A stretch of 64,000 nucleotides of DNA from Phoronis australis (GCA_002633005.1 NMRA01000309.1:186001-250000); one strand, 5' to 3'. Positions 24,115-37,934 are shown, counted from the stretch's first letter. Notes: generated by a model from the letters alone, not told the origin. Translations and numbers: made by a program.

Positions 24115-25760
24115 GGGGGGCTATTCGACGCGGTGTCGCTGCCGAACTAGTGGTGATTGAATTGCGCATGCGTCGCTGTCTGCATGTAAACAGCTGGTAA
24201 AAAGACGAATTATTATCAAAATACGTCGTCGCGCTTAGCCTTATTATTGCTATTTTCCTGGATGCAAATCTTCGACAGGTGGTCGCAAATTCCCAAAAGG
24301 CCTAAGGTTACTACTGGCGTGGAGAATTGCGGTCAAAAGGGTCCACCAAGTGACAAAAAGTGTGTGGATGCCGAAGCCTCACGCCCAGTGTGTGTGTGCT
24401 CTATGCATTTCCATTGAGACTACATAATCATGTTACTTGGTAAGTTTTTAGCAATTAAGTTTCTATCGACATCGCTCAGTGATGTTATCCCCACCAGTTA
24501 CCCCACTGAATAACGGGGTTTATTCAGTGGGACTAAGTGCTTCTCTTCAGAAACTCTACCTGGACCCGGATGGTAGGCTAGCCGCACGTATCCACATATT
24601 GTCCTGGGTGGGAGTGCTCCCAATATAAGAGGCGTAAGGGACGTGCCGCTCAGAAGTCAATGGTCACTTTTTCGCAGCAGTTACTTAACAAAACTATACC
24701 ACGTCAAATAAAATTCTCTAGATGAGTGAGTTTTCTTATTTTATAGCGGACCCCACCCCCAGGACTACCAGATTACTAGTTACCGAATTAACATGAATGA
24801 CCTATTCAGTAAATTCGTATCATTGCGTTGGAATAAATATTGACACCTAGAATGAATTTTATTTGTTGAGATCAGAAACACATTTTAGGTGTCATGTAAA
24901 TACACATTCTTTAATCACTTTTAGCCTGTTTCACATATTTTAATTCAGATCTTAAATAAGGTTTGGGTACAAAGATTATTAGTTTCTACATATAAACATG
25001 AAGATGGAATGTCAAGTATGTTCTGTCTTATAAATGTAGTTTTATCTTGTGTTTTCTTTTATAATTGCGGATATTTTTCTGTTACAGGTGAGAGAAAACG
25101 ACTGAAACTAGCCGACTTACTGTCTACTTTACCTTTCGACAAAGTGAAAAGCAGTCCTTCAGCAATAACCTGAGGGAATTGAACCTCTCAATTCAGAAAG
25201 TCAGCCCTTGATATCACTGATTATGGACTCTTTTACGTTGGGAAAATTACAGTTGTTTTTAACAAACAATGTTTTTCCGCTGTATATATGTGGTTGCTCA
25301 GTTTGCAATTTTGTTATTAAATACACTGATTATTCTCGAATCTTGTGCACAGCAGATTCTTATCTACTTAGCTACGATTGAAAACATAATTTACTTGCAT
25401 GTGGAACTTGTGTCATAGATAAGTTAACACAAAACTTAAAACTGTTCAAAGGCCTTCTTAGGAAAGCTCTAAAAATGGTTCCCCATAAACAAATCAAATG
25501 CAATCAAAAGGAATACTTCGTTTTGATCGGCAGACATTTCTATAGTTCAACAGGAAAATGACAATTCTCAAGCGTAATCGGTAATCACTTCAGCTTTATA
25601 AAGAAACAGCACAACTGCACAGTATGGAGCTTTAAATCTGAAGAAATATTGTGGTTTGGATAATTAGTGACAAACTTGCCTGTTGATGAAAAATTTATTC
25701 GATCATCAAAGTGTAACATTAACGGGCTTTTTAATGACAATAAGACGATCAATACAGTTC
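24115..25760 (+). mobile_element. Decayed THAP + DDE transposase gene of an ISL2EU-like DNA transposon
   Basis: 24239-24439 translates PYYCYFPGCKSSTGGRKFPKGLRLLLAWRIAVKR...VWMPKPHAQ/VCSMHF (THAP domain, frameshifted in a TG run). An intron runs 24440-25087, then GERKRLKL. Weaker traces downstream resemble the HTH and QSxTxSxYKxxxT motifs of DDE_Tnp_4-type transposases. Confidence 0.65.
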
Positions 25761-25894
25761 TTGAATGTCATTTCCGCACAATGCGTACCAAGTTTTTACC
25801 ATTAGTATAAAGCCTTCCTTCTGAAAGGAAAAGCTAATGTCACTCAGTGAGAAAGGACAGGTATTTATACCAGATGCTTTTGGTTTTCATTTCA

Positions 25895-26400
25895 CTGGGA
25901 TCGAGTTTCAATGGCCTATAGAAGCGCTTGTAAAAAAGCTCCAGTTTTGGCACGTGGCTTTCCTTCATGTAACCTCATTCAGCCTCAATAACATCGACAA
26001 TTAAATCCTTGAAGGCAAACATCACATCATATCACTTGACTCGCTTTGTGCCCAAAATCTGACCCTGAACTAGACCAGAGTGTTACTAGGTCTTCTTTAG
26101 CTTCAGTCCCTCATGTTTCTTCCAGGAAAGGAAATAAGCCATTGTTGTCCACACATGACTCATTGCCTATGAAAGGGCATCCTCACCAATGAGGCTGGCT
26201 GGTGTAGCAGTCAGATTTAGTTCCTCTTCACACACAAACAATCCACTGGCACATTTGCTTATGGTAATTTAGTACTGAGATTCACATTTCTCCAGGGACA
26301 CTGGCTTGTACATTGTGCCATGCAGCACTGCTGGTGTGGATGACATGCTGTGGGAAGAGAACGGAGTAACAAAGCTTGTCTGTGTTGCAGCTTGAAGTGG
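25895..26400 (-). pseudogene. YqaJ/lambda-exonuclease-like gene relic (second gene of the ISL2EU-like element)
   Basis: Minus-strand translation STPAVLHGTMYKPVSLEKCESQY*ITISKCASGLFVCEEELNLTATPASLIGEDAL...VQGQI...VPKLELFYK resembles the YqaJ pattern AMxHG..E..A..Y..CGLFV..LAASPDGLV..QVQGQ..PKLxxFY. Confidence 0.65.
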
Positions 26401-26417
26401 CCTTAAAAATGTCACTG

Positions 26418-26570
26418 CAGTGGCGGATTTAGAGGGGGCCAAGGGGGCCATGGCCCCCCTAAAATTCTCCCAGATTACATTGGCGGTTCGAGGGTGCGAA
26501 TGTCTGACGGGCAAAATTCTGGCTAATACTCTGACCTGCCCCCCAACTCAAAATCTTGGATCCGTCCCTG
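26418..26570. mobile_element. hAT-like MITE with 5-bp TSD (CACTG)
   Basis: CACTG|CAGTGGCGGATT...GGATCCGTCCCTG|CACTG. Confidence 0.8.
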
Positions 26571-28048
26571 CACTGAACCTGAAACAAATGTTGAAACATG
26601 AATAATTAAGTACGTCAGGTTGGATCAAAAACATTGCCCTTGTTTTACAAAAATATGATATGGTAACTGCTTTACAATCTCCCACAAAATTAAATATTAC
26701 TATTTCCAGAAAGCAAGGGTGTATATTATTTAATGAGTATTGATTTATATAGAACTACGTCTATATTTTTCATTCCTAGCCATAACAATTCTTTAAACGC
26801 ATCACTTGTCTGCAAAATATGCAAGTTATTTGAGACAACTTCAAACCTTTATTACCATTTTCAAGCCTTTTCCATGGTAGGAAGCTAGCTGCAGAGACAC
26901 CTAGTGGTTGTAGTACGAACTATGATATAATTCTCTAGTAGTTGAAAAATGCCGTTTATTTCGGCGTGCTATGTACAAGACCATCAATAAAAACACAGAC
27001 GCTGTTAAATGGCCATAATGAAAAAACACGTAAACAAAATAGAGTCCTGAATATAATGGCACAAATTACAATATAAGTGAACTTATGAAAAGAAGCACTA
27101 ACATGACAATTTAGAATGAGTAACGGTGTGGTAGGAAGAATGCTTAAAGAGCCTAACAAATAAAAAGAATGACAAACATATAAATAGAAAAATAAACCCA
27201 TGGCAAAGAGATAATAAGAAAAACAACCCGGGATGGGGGAGTTTATTTGGCAAAATACATCCTGAGTAGAGTGGGTCAGCTGACTAAGGACACTATCTTT
27301 ACAAAGGAATGAAACTGACCGATGAGGTAAGGAGTAAGATAGGTGTATTAATACGAAAGTAGTACAGGCTTGTAAACAGAAAATGAGGTTTCGTGAAATA
27401 ATGCCTATACATACAGATTATTACATGGCGAGGGGCGTTAGCCCCGAGGGTGATAATTCTCCAAAATCCATTCGGGCTCTAGATAAAGGGAGATAACGAC
27501 TGAGAACCACATACTAAACGAGAAACATTGCAATGAATCGATCTACCTTTCTCAACTCGCCTCGGCTTTGTAACTACTTTCTATGTCAGAGGCCCGGGGT
27601 CGGAGGTCGTGACCTTTTAAGAAAAGCCGAGCTATTTTTTTCAAATAATGCTTATACTCAAAACCAATTGAAAATTTAAACAAAATAGAGATGAAGTGAA
27701 TCTATAAATTAAGGTTTAGCAACTATTATAGCTTACTACACATTTTATCACGCCAAGCTTCGACCGGCAAAATATCGTCTGCTAAAGTAGGTTACCACTA
27801 GTAACTGACTATAATGCTAAAGTCAAAGGATCCCGACGATACGATACGCGCATTCAAATTGGAGACCGGTGATTTACAAGTGAGATAACACCAGAAAATA
27901 TTTCACTGAATTAATATATATTTTTTATGGAAATTATGCGTCTTATTTTTCATAGCGTATAAATGTCGGTGCAATGCTCTTTGCTGAACATGCGATTGTT
28001 GCGAGTGCTGATTTAATTATTCTATTTTCACGTTCGATGACGTCAGCC

Positions 28049-28118
28049 GCTGAATGGTGTAGTGGTAAAGTCGGCAACTCGAAACTCTTGAGGCCCGGGT
28101 TCGAATCCGGTCTCGGTT
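28049..28118 (+). mobile_element. tRNA-derived SINE head / tRNA pseudogene
   Basis: A-box TGGTGTAGTGG and B-box GGTTCGAATCC present; the anticodon arm does not pair. Confidence 0.55.
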
Positions 28119-28339
28119 TCCCGCCAAATTGTTATCTCACTAGTGAGATAACTTTATGGGTTATTACGCGGTGCCATTCGAGGCTAACATTGTGGTATAA
28201 ATACATTTAACAAATTTAATTTTACTTATCTGAATCTAAGCTGCAGAGTAAAACAAGTTAGTGATATGTGGTCGGAAACTACCGTTTATTAAGATGTACT
28301 TTGTACAAATGTCAATAGAAACAAAGACTCTGGAAGATG

Positions 28340-29720
28340 GATATAAGAAAAAACGCCATGTAGACAGCAACTGAAGCGGGGCTGTGCTTAAAATTAAGAA
28401 TAGTGACGACAATGGCGTCGACAGATTGAGAGAAGGCGATATCCTTGACCTGGATGATGTGAACGGAGGAAGTAGTGGCGGTGAACTTGCCAATTTAAAG
28501 CAAAGCGTGGAAAGCTAGGAGTAACATGGAACGTTCATGGACTGAATCTGTGAAAAAGTCAGTTGCTCTAGGACAGTCGTCATAGAGACGATGCATGACG
28601 TCAAACGTGATTGGCATGTGATTATCTACAGAGACCCGAAGATTTTAGGTACCTTTGAGTAGTTTTCAACGAAGAAAAAACAGTAGGGTCAGGCAAGTTG
28701 TCCAGCTGATGGAAAATTGATAGCCGAGACATAGGAATCGAAAACAGGGGGCGCTGAGGCAAGATTTAAAAGGATGTGCGATGAACTTTCCACTGGCTAA
28801 GTGTTTGATGGATATAGAAGGAGGCGAATAGTGGAGGCGCGAAAAGCGCTGGCAATGTATATAATTTTGAAGGATATGAGAGTACGGTTGTAGGGTGGAA
28901 GGAGCCAGTGACGCCTTGAGAACACAGGTCACACCTCGAGGAAGTTGGGTAGTAACGACGTCTGAGCCAACAGCAATGGGAAAAAGGCTACCCGAAAATT
29001 AAATCGAGAAAATGAGCCAACGAGTCAGGGATGTGTTTATCACGGAAATGAATGTAAAGTGAAGGAGGCGAAGAGGACTACGCGAAGAATTAGGGACACA
29101 ATGACACGGTCCCTCGGAGAGATTTTTTGACGAGTTTTGTCGCACAGCAAGAGAATGTTGAGATTGGTGAGTTTATGGTACCAGCGTTAAAGTACGATGA
29201 CGATTGGGAGAAGTTTCTTGAACGTGATATGATGGTGCAGAAGGTGATCTGGCTAAAAGTGGGCAAAGCAGGAAGTTCTCACGGTTGCGGCAAAGTCCCC
29301 GTTGGTGTCTGTAACGTGGGAATACAGCTTGACAGACTCCAGAGACGTCCGTTCGTCAAACAGAAGTATAAGTGTGTCAGCTTTGATGTCTGGTTGGGCT
29401 TTCTTGTTGAGGATGACGAAGTGGTTTGGTTTGGAAATCTCGATTGTTAAGCTGATGATACGCCGAAGGAACTCACAGCCAGGGACAATAAACGAAGTTG
29501 AGCAGTCCGATCAACAATTGAATGTCTCGCAGGGAGACCTTTCTGTGGTTCTGGAAATCGCGAAGAAGTCCCCGGCGTATCCTTGTCTACTTTTTCTTGT
29601 GGGAGCGGATTAGTCGTAGTTGTTGAATGAAGGTGGATGCCGGAGATGGTGATTGCTGTGGAGAGGTCAACTGTCTTGTAGTGGTTGTTGGGTATGCCAA
29701 GTGGTGCCCGCCTCGGCCTA
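28340..29720 (-). mobile_element. DIRS-type (tyrosine recombinase) retrotransposon relic: RT C-terminus, RNase H, YR
   Basis: Minus strand gives LGIP..KTV..STAITISGIHL..LPQEKV..RKVSLRDIQLLIGLLNF..FLRRII (RT); HITFKKLLPIVIVL*RW..ILLLCD..HFRDKHIP (RNase H); KASLAPSTLQPY..FIAH..SYVSAINF..LPDPT..KLLKG..MPIT..SMLLLAFHALL*IGKFT..NFKHS (YR). Confidence 0.88.
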
Positions 29721-29732
29721 TACCCATGTATA

Positions 29733-30220
29733 CTTGGTCGTCTCGTCCAGAATGGTGTTCACGTATTGCTCCTATTGATGAACCTTCTGACCGGTGTACT
29801 CAGATGTCGGTGCAAACGAAGAAAGACAGATCTCTGCATTTGTCTTGATCCCCGGCCTCTCAACAAGGCACTCATGACGGGAGACTTTCCAAATTCCAGG
29901 CATTATGGATGACATACTGCCTCCATTGGCACAGGCAAACGCACTCTCAAAGCTTGACCTCAAGTCTGGTTACTGGTGTTGTACATTCGATGATAGTCCT
30001 AGCAAACTTACGACCTCGATCGTCACTACTTCGGTCGGTGTGCATGGAAGCGTTTGCCCTTTGGTGTGGTATGAACTTCCGCCGAGTTTATCCGAAAGCG
30101 AATCAGGCAATCTTCAAAGGACCTACCAGGAGTGTTCTGTGTGGCAGGTGATGTACCGTCAATAGGCCGTGACGGTGAGAATCATGATGCCAACTCGGCT
30201 GAGGTGCCTACTACAGCGCA
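29733..30220 (+). mobile_element. Ty3/Gypsy reverse transcriptase relic
   Basis: IAPIDEPSD..MSVQTKKD, ICLDPRPLNKAL, MDDILPPLAQANALSKLDLKSGYW, SKLTT, WKRLPFG, LPGVFCVAGDV; multiple frameshifts. Confidence 0.88.
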
Positions 30221-30467
30221 GCACTGACGGAACGGCGTTTGTCATTCAACTTGCCTGCCATCTGGCGACAGATATCGTAACAATTTTGTTGTTGGGGATG
30301 AACAATTCTCCAGCTACCCACCAATTTAAACCTGAATTTAACATTTCCACCATTTTTCCGACATTTCAGTCGTTTTGTGACACATAATTATAGAAATCCA
30401 GTCAAGGTTAAAATTTTTAACGAGATTTCAGTCCCCGCAAACAATTCTTGCGTCTACTGAACTCCGC

Positions 30468-30868
30468 CCGGGGTATCATCTTTGAACTCGAAATCTAACT
30501 GGAAATTATTTTTGACATTTTCCATTTTACTCTTTGGCGAACTCAAGATATATGTCTGTTCTTCTGTGTTCGAGTACATTGTGGTTTATGTATGTGAGTT
30601 TCTAGTCCACGTTCGCACTTGATTTCCCCTAGATTCGAGCTATCAACACCAGTACGAACTTGAGATTTCGAATAAAAACTCAAAAGTTCGAGTTCAGACT
30701 CGAACATTTAGCCTTAGTGCAAGGATGATCGAGAGCGAACTAGGATTTAGACAGTTACTCACCTAAGACATTATGTACTTGAGCATAGAATAATAGACAC
30801 TTATCTTGAGTTTGCACAAATGTAGAACAGAAAATGCCAATTTCGATTAAAAATGTTAGACCTCGGGT
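30468..30868. mobile_element. MITE with long TIRs, copy B
   Basis: CCCGGGGTATCATCTTTG... / ...GTTAGACCTCGGG; shares TTCTAGTCCA.GTTCGCACTTGAT and the arms with 17327-17685. Confidence 0.65.
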
Positions 30869-33450
30869 CCAGAACTCTTTCCTGGATGAGGCGCGTTCTA
30901 GGCAGACTGCGCAATTTCTGGGTGCGTGTTTTCCGTTTCTCACTGATAGGTGGCAGCAGTTGTTGTAGTCACAGTCTTAGAGTGAAGGATATCACTTCCT
31001 CGTATGCATTAGTACGGGTGGTTTTACAACGATTTTTATAGGTATTATAGAAAAAAATGATTAATACGACACACTGTGTTGGTTTTGTTCTAAATCTATT
31101 TAAAATTCATGTGCTCTTTATGATTAGTTCTTCCTTTGATTGCGCATGTCAGTTTACCGATCCTAAAGTGATCTTTCTTGTTTTTGTTGCACGCGTTCCT
31201 GAGAATATCTTGCGTTTTGAACATAACAACTACCAAATAGATCAAAACAGTTGTAAGACATCGCAAAGTTTAGTACAACGTTAATATTTCACATTCAGGC
31301 TTCAGATCATGGCATTATAGTGGTGTTCTTGTTACGTGATCATCAATTGTGTATTACGTCACACACAATAAGTTGTCAAACTGAGCAGGGTGTTTTTAGC
31401 TAGGAAAAAAGTGACGAACTTGAGCGAGTTTTACATCTAACACTATGTAGCATTATTGTTGGTGCGTCAATGAAAACAGCTGTGAAACAGGATACCCACA
31501 TAAAAAGTGATAAAATGTTTAGGGGGATGCTTTCGTCTTCAAACGAAATGTCATTTTAACGCTTGCAGACTCGGAAAAGCAACTATGCTAATAAACATCC
31601 ACGCATTTCCAGCAAAATTTGGTTTAGGCCTATTTGTAGGGTAATTCGTAAAATATGACTACCACCTCCAGGCAGGTGCGGACACGGCAGCTTTCTAGAG
31701 AATGATTAGATACATAATAAGTACCTTATTTAGATAGACTGACACAAATGTTAAAACTTCATTCTGCAAAATTGTATTTTGCTAACGTTTATTGCATCGT
31801 CTCTGAAAGCATGTGAACGAGAAAGCGACTGAAATTTAAGTGTTTGTGACAGCGGAATTTCTTAACGCGCTGTGACACGGTTCGTTCTATGCGGGCAGAG
31901 GAACAAGTCTTGCAGCAATTTGCGACGTTGAAAATATTGTCGATCTAAAGGTAAGCATACTTTTGGAAGTTGTGTTTGGGGAACCTTAAACGTGGTGTGC
32001 AAATTAGTGTTGGTGATTTTGGTTAATTTTTGGTAGTTCTGAACTTTCAGAAATTGCAAGAGTAATCCAGAATACGTTGGTTACTCGTTTGATATTCTGC
32101 CACAAAATTGCACTGTCATTGTTGGCTGAAATGTATGTTTTCCGCCGCCTGCTCGTTGGCCTCTCATGTAGACACGAAGCCACGGACACATGTACTAACA
32201 GTTGTTAGTTGTTAATGACAGATTGATATAACGGGAGCAGTTGAACAACAGACGAGCACACGATTAGAATCTTTGACCAAAACTTTGCAGACGATCTGTC
32301 AGCCAACTACTTTGTACATGTGGCAACAAACTCTCTTGTCTGCGAAATGTCCGAAACGTTCACAGTCTGTGACTGATAGAAAAGTTGAAAAGAAACATCG
32401 GCGCCTGCTTAATTTTAATTACGATTTGTTTGCTCAACCGTGTATTATTTGTTTTCATGACGAGCACTGCGCTGTGTGGAGCTCTTGTAACCATGGCAAC
32501 ATAAATATATTAGGTAACTTGTAGAGCCTCCAATTTATCTATATACCGCCTTCAGCGCAAGCAGATGTCCTACTGACAGATCATTTTGGTGTGAAAACAG
32601 TTAATTAGCGCAATATTAACCAGTTAGCAAGATCATGCAATAAAATCGTGTAACGACATTGACCAATGAGGTGCAGTAACCTCAAGTCAACTGTATACCG
32701 CATTCATCGATGAAGGAATCGTTGTAGCACCCGCCTCTTCATTATTATTAATATCATAGCAGTCGAGCTACGCACGGGAAAAGGTAAACTGATTTTCAGA
32801 ATTTTTCGTTCTCAAAACCAGCTTTGTCTTTAACAAAAGTCTTCAGAGCGTACAGAAAAATGTGGAGAAAATATCTCCTTCATTAAGTTTTTCTACACAA
32901 ACATATTCTCGATGTCCATCACACGAGACGTGAACTAGTTTGTAGACAAAACAGTTTTACATATGGCCGCTGAATACCAATTCAACGATCATAAATTGGA
33001 GAACATTTTGGTTTACTTGCATGTTTAATTAAGGAAGATTGTTAAAGTTACTGTATTGCATTGTTTGTAAAGGACAGTTAGTGGTGGTGTAGTTGCTATC
33101 TGGACTCGTTCATAAGAATGGAACTAATAAATAAAAACTGAGCTGTTCACGTAGGCCTACTGGAGAGGTTGACCGCTGTGAATTGAAATGCAATAAGAAC
33201 ACAGACATTCTAATTTCTGAGTTTAAAACGAGATTTCCATTCGTTTACATTAAATGTAAATGAACATAAATCTCGTTTTAAGCTATTTGACCCGTTTTAT
33301 CAGAGGTCATACGCAAAGTCTGCGCCCAGTTGTAGTTTGGAAGGTTGTATGCATGTGATTGCGGATGCGGTACTGTTTTACGAACGAGAACAAAACGTTT
33401 CTACCAACGTGAGTTGGACTGTAGCCAGTGTTCACTCCTAGTTCTAAAAC

Positions 33451-33696
33451 CATACGCGGAGTTATGGGGGGATCAGGGAGTGCAGTAATTATGACCGCTA
33501 GCGGACGGGGGGCTCAGACCCCAGATCGTGTTCCGGTTTTTTTTTTTTTTTTAGTCCACCGATAGATTTTCTGAAGAGAAGGTCCACATCCCGGCCCCCG
33601 CAACTTTCGGGACGCCTGTGCACATACACTCGCGCTTTACCCAATTTCCCGAGGCAACATGTTGGCTCCCCTTATGGTATCCTAGATCCGCCACTG
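33451..33696. mobile_element. hAT-like MITE (same family ends as 18344-19096)
   Basis: CTAAAAC|CATACGCGGA...CCTAGATCCGCCACTG|CTAAAAC; the 3' end ATGTTGGCTCCCC..CCTAGATCCGCCACTG is shared with the 19096 end. Confidence 0.7.
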
Positions 33697-34850
33697 CTAA
33701 AACAAACTACTTGCCACTAAAAAAATTGGCATACGGCCGTCTTAGTGACGACTGAACGTACATGTAGTGCACACGACCTGTGATGAGGTAGGTCACAGGG
33801 TCAACTTAAGATGTGAACCAAAATTGACACACCTGCTTTGTGCTAAAAAGTAACGTGGTTGAGTTTGGATGGTGGTGCTGACACATTGGTATTAGGTACC
33901 ATTTATACACCGGGATACTTGCATAGAATCGCTTTGTGGGGCGCGCCTCTCAGACGGGTAACTTCTTCCCCACCAGATTCCCTATGAGAGGATGCCTTTT
34001 CTGATTTAATCTCCTGCAAACTGTTACTCTGGGAGTTCTGAACTTTGCAAATGAGGTTCCTTTGTCCGTCTACATAAATATTGATTTCATCTATAACATA
34101 AAACTGATTGCAAATGATGTACTCACTTTTGACAACATAACACATTTCCTTGTTCTGTGTTTTGAGGCTTAGTGGGTTAAAAATGAATCTGTCCACTAAT
34201 CACTACAAACGTGCTCGGTTCGTGCAACTAACCTAAACAAAGGGGTGATGTTTCTAGACTAAACCGTACGAATGACTGACATTTTCACGACAGGCACCGT
34301 GCAAATGGGCCCCTCTCTAACTGGGTAAATGTCAAAAAATTTCAGTTGCATCCCCGGCATAAATATGATCGAATATGCCCAGCATTTACCAAACGGTCAA
34401 TAGTGAATTGCCTGTGGTCTTTGCTGTAAATCTTTATAATGTAAAACTTGATGACACGATGGTCGTTATCACGCATCACAGTCTAGAACTAATTTATAGA
34501 AATTGTCTTAGTTACTGGCAGCCATGTGTACATTCTCAAAGACTTTGCACACGTGAAATTTAATTATTTTTCATAAATACTTGTGTGGAGAGTAAAACCA
34601 AATTTCCAGAAGTCACTTTTCATTACACAGGCTGCTGAAGGCGCTTCACGTCATTGTTGGTTGTATCTTTTCTTTCAAATTACAAGTAAAAATACATTAA
34701 TAAAAATCTATGCTGCGTCTAAAATGATTGTAGGGGTCCTGTAACTAAATAATTCGGACAAGTTGTGTTTGAAATTCTGAGTAAACCCAGTAAATTACAT
34801 AAACAAATCAAAGGTTAACCATTTGCCTTGTTTGTTATCATTTTTAATTA

Positions 34851-36090
34851 TACCCCGTTTGCACTACAAAGTTTAATTCGGGTTAAGTCCTATTTGTGGC
34901 TCACGTCAGTTTGTGGTGCTTGTGTAAACGTTGCCGTAGTAGATGTAATCGGCTTAAGCCAAACTCTTTTGATCTTGAGGAGGTTGATTCGAGCCCAATA
35001 AAGTCATAGCCGATACTAGATCGATAGTAAATGTAAATGGGCAGTCGAATCGTATCGACTGAAATGTGGGAAGTGGCGTATACTTGCTCATGTGGAGATA
35101 TTAGTCCCTGGGTCTACTGGTTCAAGACCACGGTTCGGGTCTTCTTCGACCCCCGGGTGGTCAGGTTTGACTGCAATTTTGTGGAGCAAATGGGAAGTGG
35201 GTGCTACGAATTGTATTCAGTAGTTCATTGAAGCTGATTTGAGCAAATAGAATCCAGAAATTTGGCATCTGCTCTTTTCTACCAGAATACGGAAATCTCG
35301 CTTTTTTGTCAGAGCACATCCTTGCCAGTGTTGAAGTTTTGGCACGAATCCAGGTACACTTCAGACAAGTGGAAATTCTCAAAAATCTGGTTGACACATT
35401 TTAACCTAAATTGCTAGAATCTAGAGTACAACAGCATTAGAATTCTTGTCTCCTCTCTTGCATCGGGGTAGTCGTGAATTTGTGATGTTAGAGAAAAAGA
35501 CCAAAATCGCAATTTTTGGTCATTTTTAGCATCTCAATTTTCTTTTCTTGTGTGAAACCCCATCGAGTGCACTTTTTCTGTCAGATACGCACAGTTTTTC
35601 GGGTATCTTGAGACAAGGTGCAAATAAGAGAAATGATAACATGAAAATCAATCACTCGATCTGTGGTCTGGACACATTTTCGTCCACAATGTCACGGCCG
35701 GTGACACATGCTTTCTCAACGCACGTTACACACGATTACTAGTATGGATAAACAAAATTGAAACGGCTATTGGAAGCAGGGAGAGACAGCGAAGCTGCTT
35801 GAGGTCTGGAGGGACGCCAGTCTCTCCTGCAAGGGTGTCAGGATTCATTAGCGGAACATAGAAATCGGTAATGGTCGGAGATAACGTGTCCGAATTTCGA
35901 GAACCTGTTCCTCCACTGAGTAACGGGCATCAAACTGGTTTTCAAAATACGGGCACTGTTGCCTAGAAATCTTCAGTGTTTAAAACTGTTCGATAGAGAT
36001 TTATTGCTTAGAAAACGCGGAGATGTACCGACTTGACCCCATAGAGCTGCTTAAACTAAGTCAATCCGGAGTTATAGTGTGAAAGGGGCA
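34851..36090. mobile_element. PIF/Harbinger deletion derivative with a Myb/trihelix-like remnant
   Basis: TTA|TACCCCGTTTGCACTA ... TAGTGTGAAAGGGGCA|TTA. The minus strand at about 35250-35465 translates REETRILMLLY..IFENF.., resembling the Harbinger Myb/SANT protein. Confidence 0.65.
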
Positions 36091-37934
36091 TTAGGCTCGG
36101 CCTCGCGGCCATTTCCCAAGAGATGTCGCTAGCTTTCCTAATTGATTGCCTGTTTATGTTACCCGATTTATGCGTTTGTTTGTCTACGTTTAAGCCAGGT
36201 GCCGTTTTTTGTTCGGTTGGACATCTATAGAAGAGCTTTCCTGAACTCTAAAATCATTTTTGTATCCATGATTGATGGATATTAATGGATTCTATTTCTC
36301 AAGAAAAACAACTTGTGGTGATGGTATTCTATACCTTGACAGAGTTCACACATCAGATTTCCGTTGTATAGCATAGATCAAGTTCTGGGATTATTTTAGG
36401 CCCTTGTTTGAATCTATGCTTTTGATATTATGCAATGCTTGTTCTAGTAATCCAATGAATTGAGCGAGAATGCAATTCAGTGTTTGTGTGCCTCCGAAAA
36501 TGCAAACAAAAATCGCTGCTTTCTGGCCGCTAAAACGAAGAGTGGGTATTGGCTTACATGTATGTCGTGTTGCCTGTTGATTATAGCCTCTAAAACTCAT
36601 TCGTCAGTGATTTGAGGCAAGCGCTCTGAACAAGGGAAGAAGGAATTCTCATAGACCGGTCATTATTATGCAACACTACAATTGTTATTACCCAGAATTT
36701 GCACGAAATGTTCGGCTCGAACGCGTTCACCTAGAAACTAACCGTTTAATAGCATAAACTGGGCTCGTCAATATATCACTCTCAATGAAATGGCACTTTC
36801 GGCATCCATTATGTACTGGCAAACAAGTTTTTTCCTTCCGTGTATTAAACACTGTACATGATCTTTCACGAAGCGTTTATCGTTCAACAGAACGGCGGTG
36901 CTTCCAGAAACTAACAAAGAAGACATTGCTTTGTTGCCTTCCCCAGTGAAGGAAAGGTGAGTGCCATCATGGAACCAGTTTTGCATCGAGAAAATAAATA
37001 TCTATGGTGAGGACAATGGTTAGTGTTTCGTCCTAGAACAGTCGGGATGACTTACCTGTGGTTTCATCGTTTAGTGAAACATTAAAATATAAGTAGCGTT
37101 TTGTTATTAGCTAAGTCACTATCTGGAAATCTCAGCATTTTATCAATGGTGTTTTGCTGATTAACTGCACTTTTGGAATACTGTTTTACAGGATGAAAAC
37201 CAAAAACCCAAGTGTTGTATAGCAGTTGTTTTATTCAGTTGACTAGGTATGCGTTCCGAGGACGCAAGAATTGCTCGACTAAGACTAGTGTGATCATGTG
37301 CTTCGCTCGAGATGTATGGCGATATTTCGCGAAGTCTTGCCGGTGATCTTGCGTTTAGCAAGGGTCGTTTGTCTACGGAACGCAGGTCAGCATAACTTGC
37401 CGTAGTATTTTAGTTCAGTCGATGTTGCTCTAGTATTATTTTCCTGTGGAGACGTCGTGCGCCCCTGCGCAACTGTATCGCTCTATGTTTGTAACGATTC
37501 TTAGCTGTGCCATTTCAGACATGCCGAACACATTTGAGGATACAATTTCATTTTTATTTATATTTTCTGTGATATTGAATGAGTGGACTCACTGGACAAT
37601 CTTTAATGAAAAATTGCCTAATCTTTAATAGTTAGCGATTGTAATTATAAATTTGTGCCCGAGCCAAATAAATGTAGTGTTGTCGAATGCGTGTGTTATG
37701 TTATATGTAGACAGAATGACAATAAAGCCCGACGATTCTTGCTCACTGTTTTGTTTAAATCGTCTGGTATCCAAGTCGAGACAGGATTTATGTGGGCCTA
37801 TTGCCAGTGACTATATATACTTGTACATGTGTTTCCTATGTTCTGGCGTCGGTTGTAGGCACGGGGAAGTTGTGGTTTTCATGCCATTAAATTGTTTTAA
37901 TATATTTAAAACATGTGCTGCTATTTGTAACATC

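Noticed and set aside
28049-28118. Functional tRNA gene (also 5380-5450, 18795-18860, 48241-48312)
   Set aside because: A and B boxes are present but the acceptor and anticodon stems do not pair, consistent with SINE heads or pseudogenes.
31860-31960. Possible non-coding exon ending AAG|GTAAGC
   Set aside because: A donor-like site alone is insufficient; no ORF or supporting acceptor was identified.
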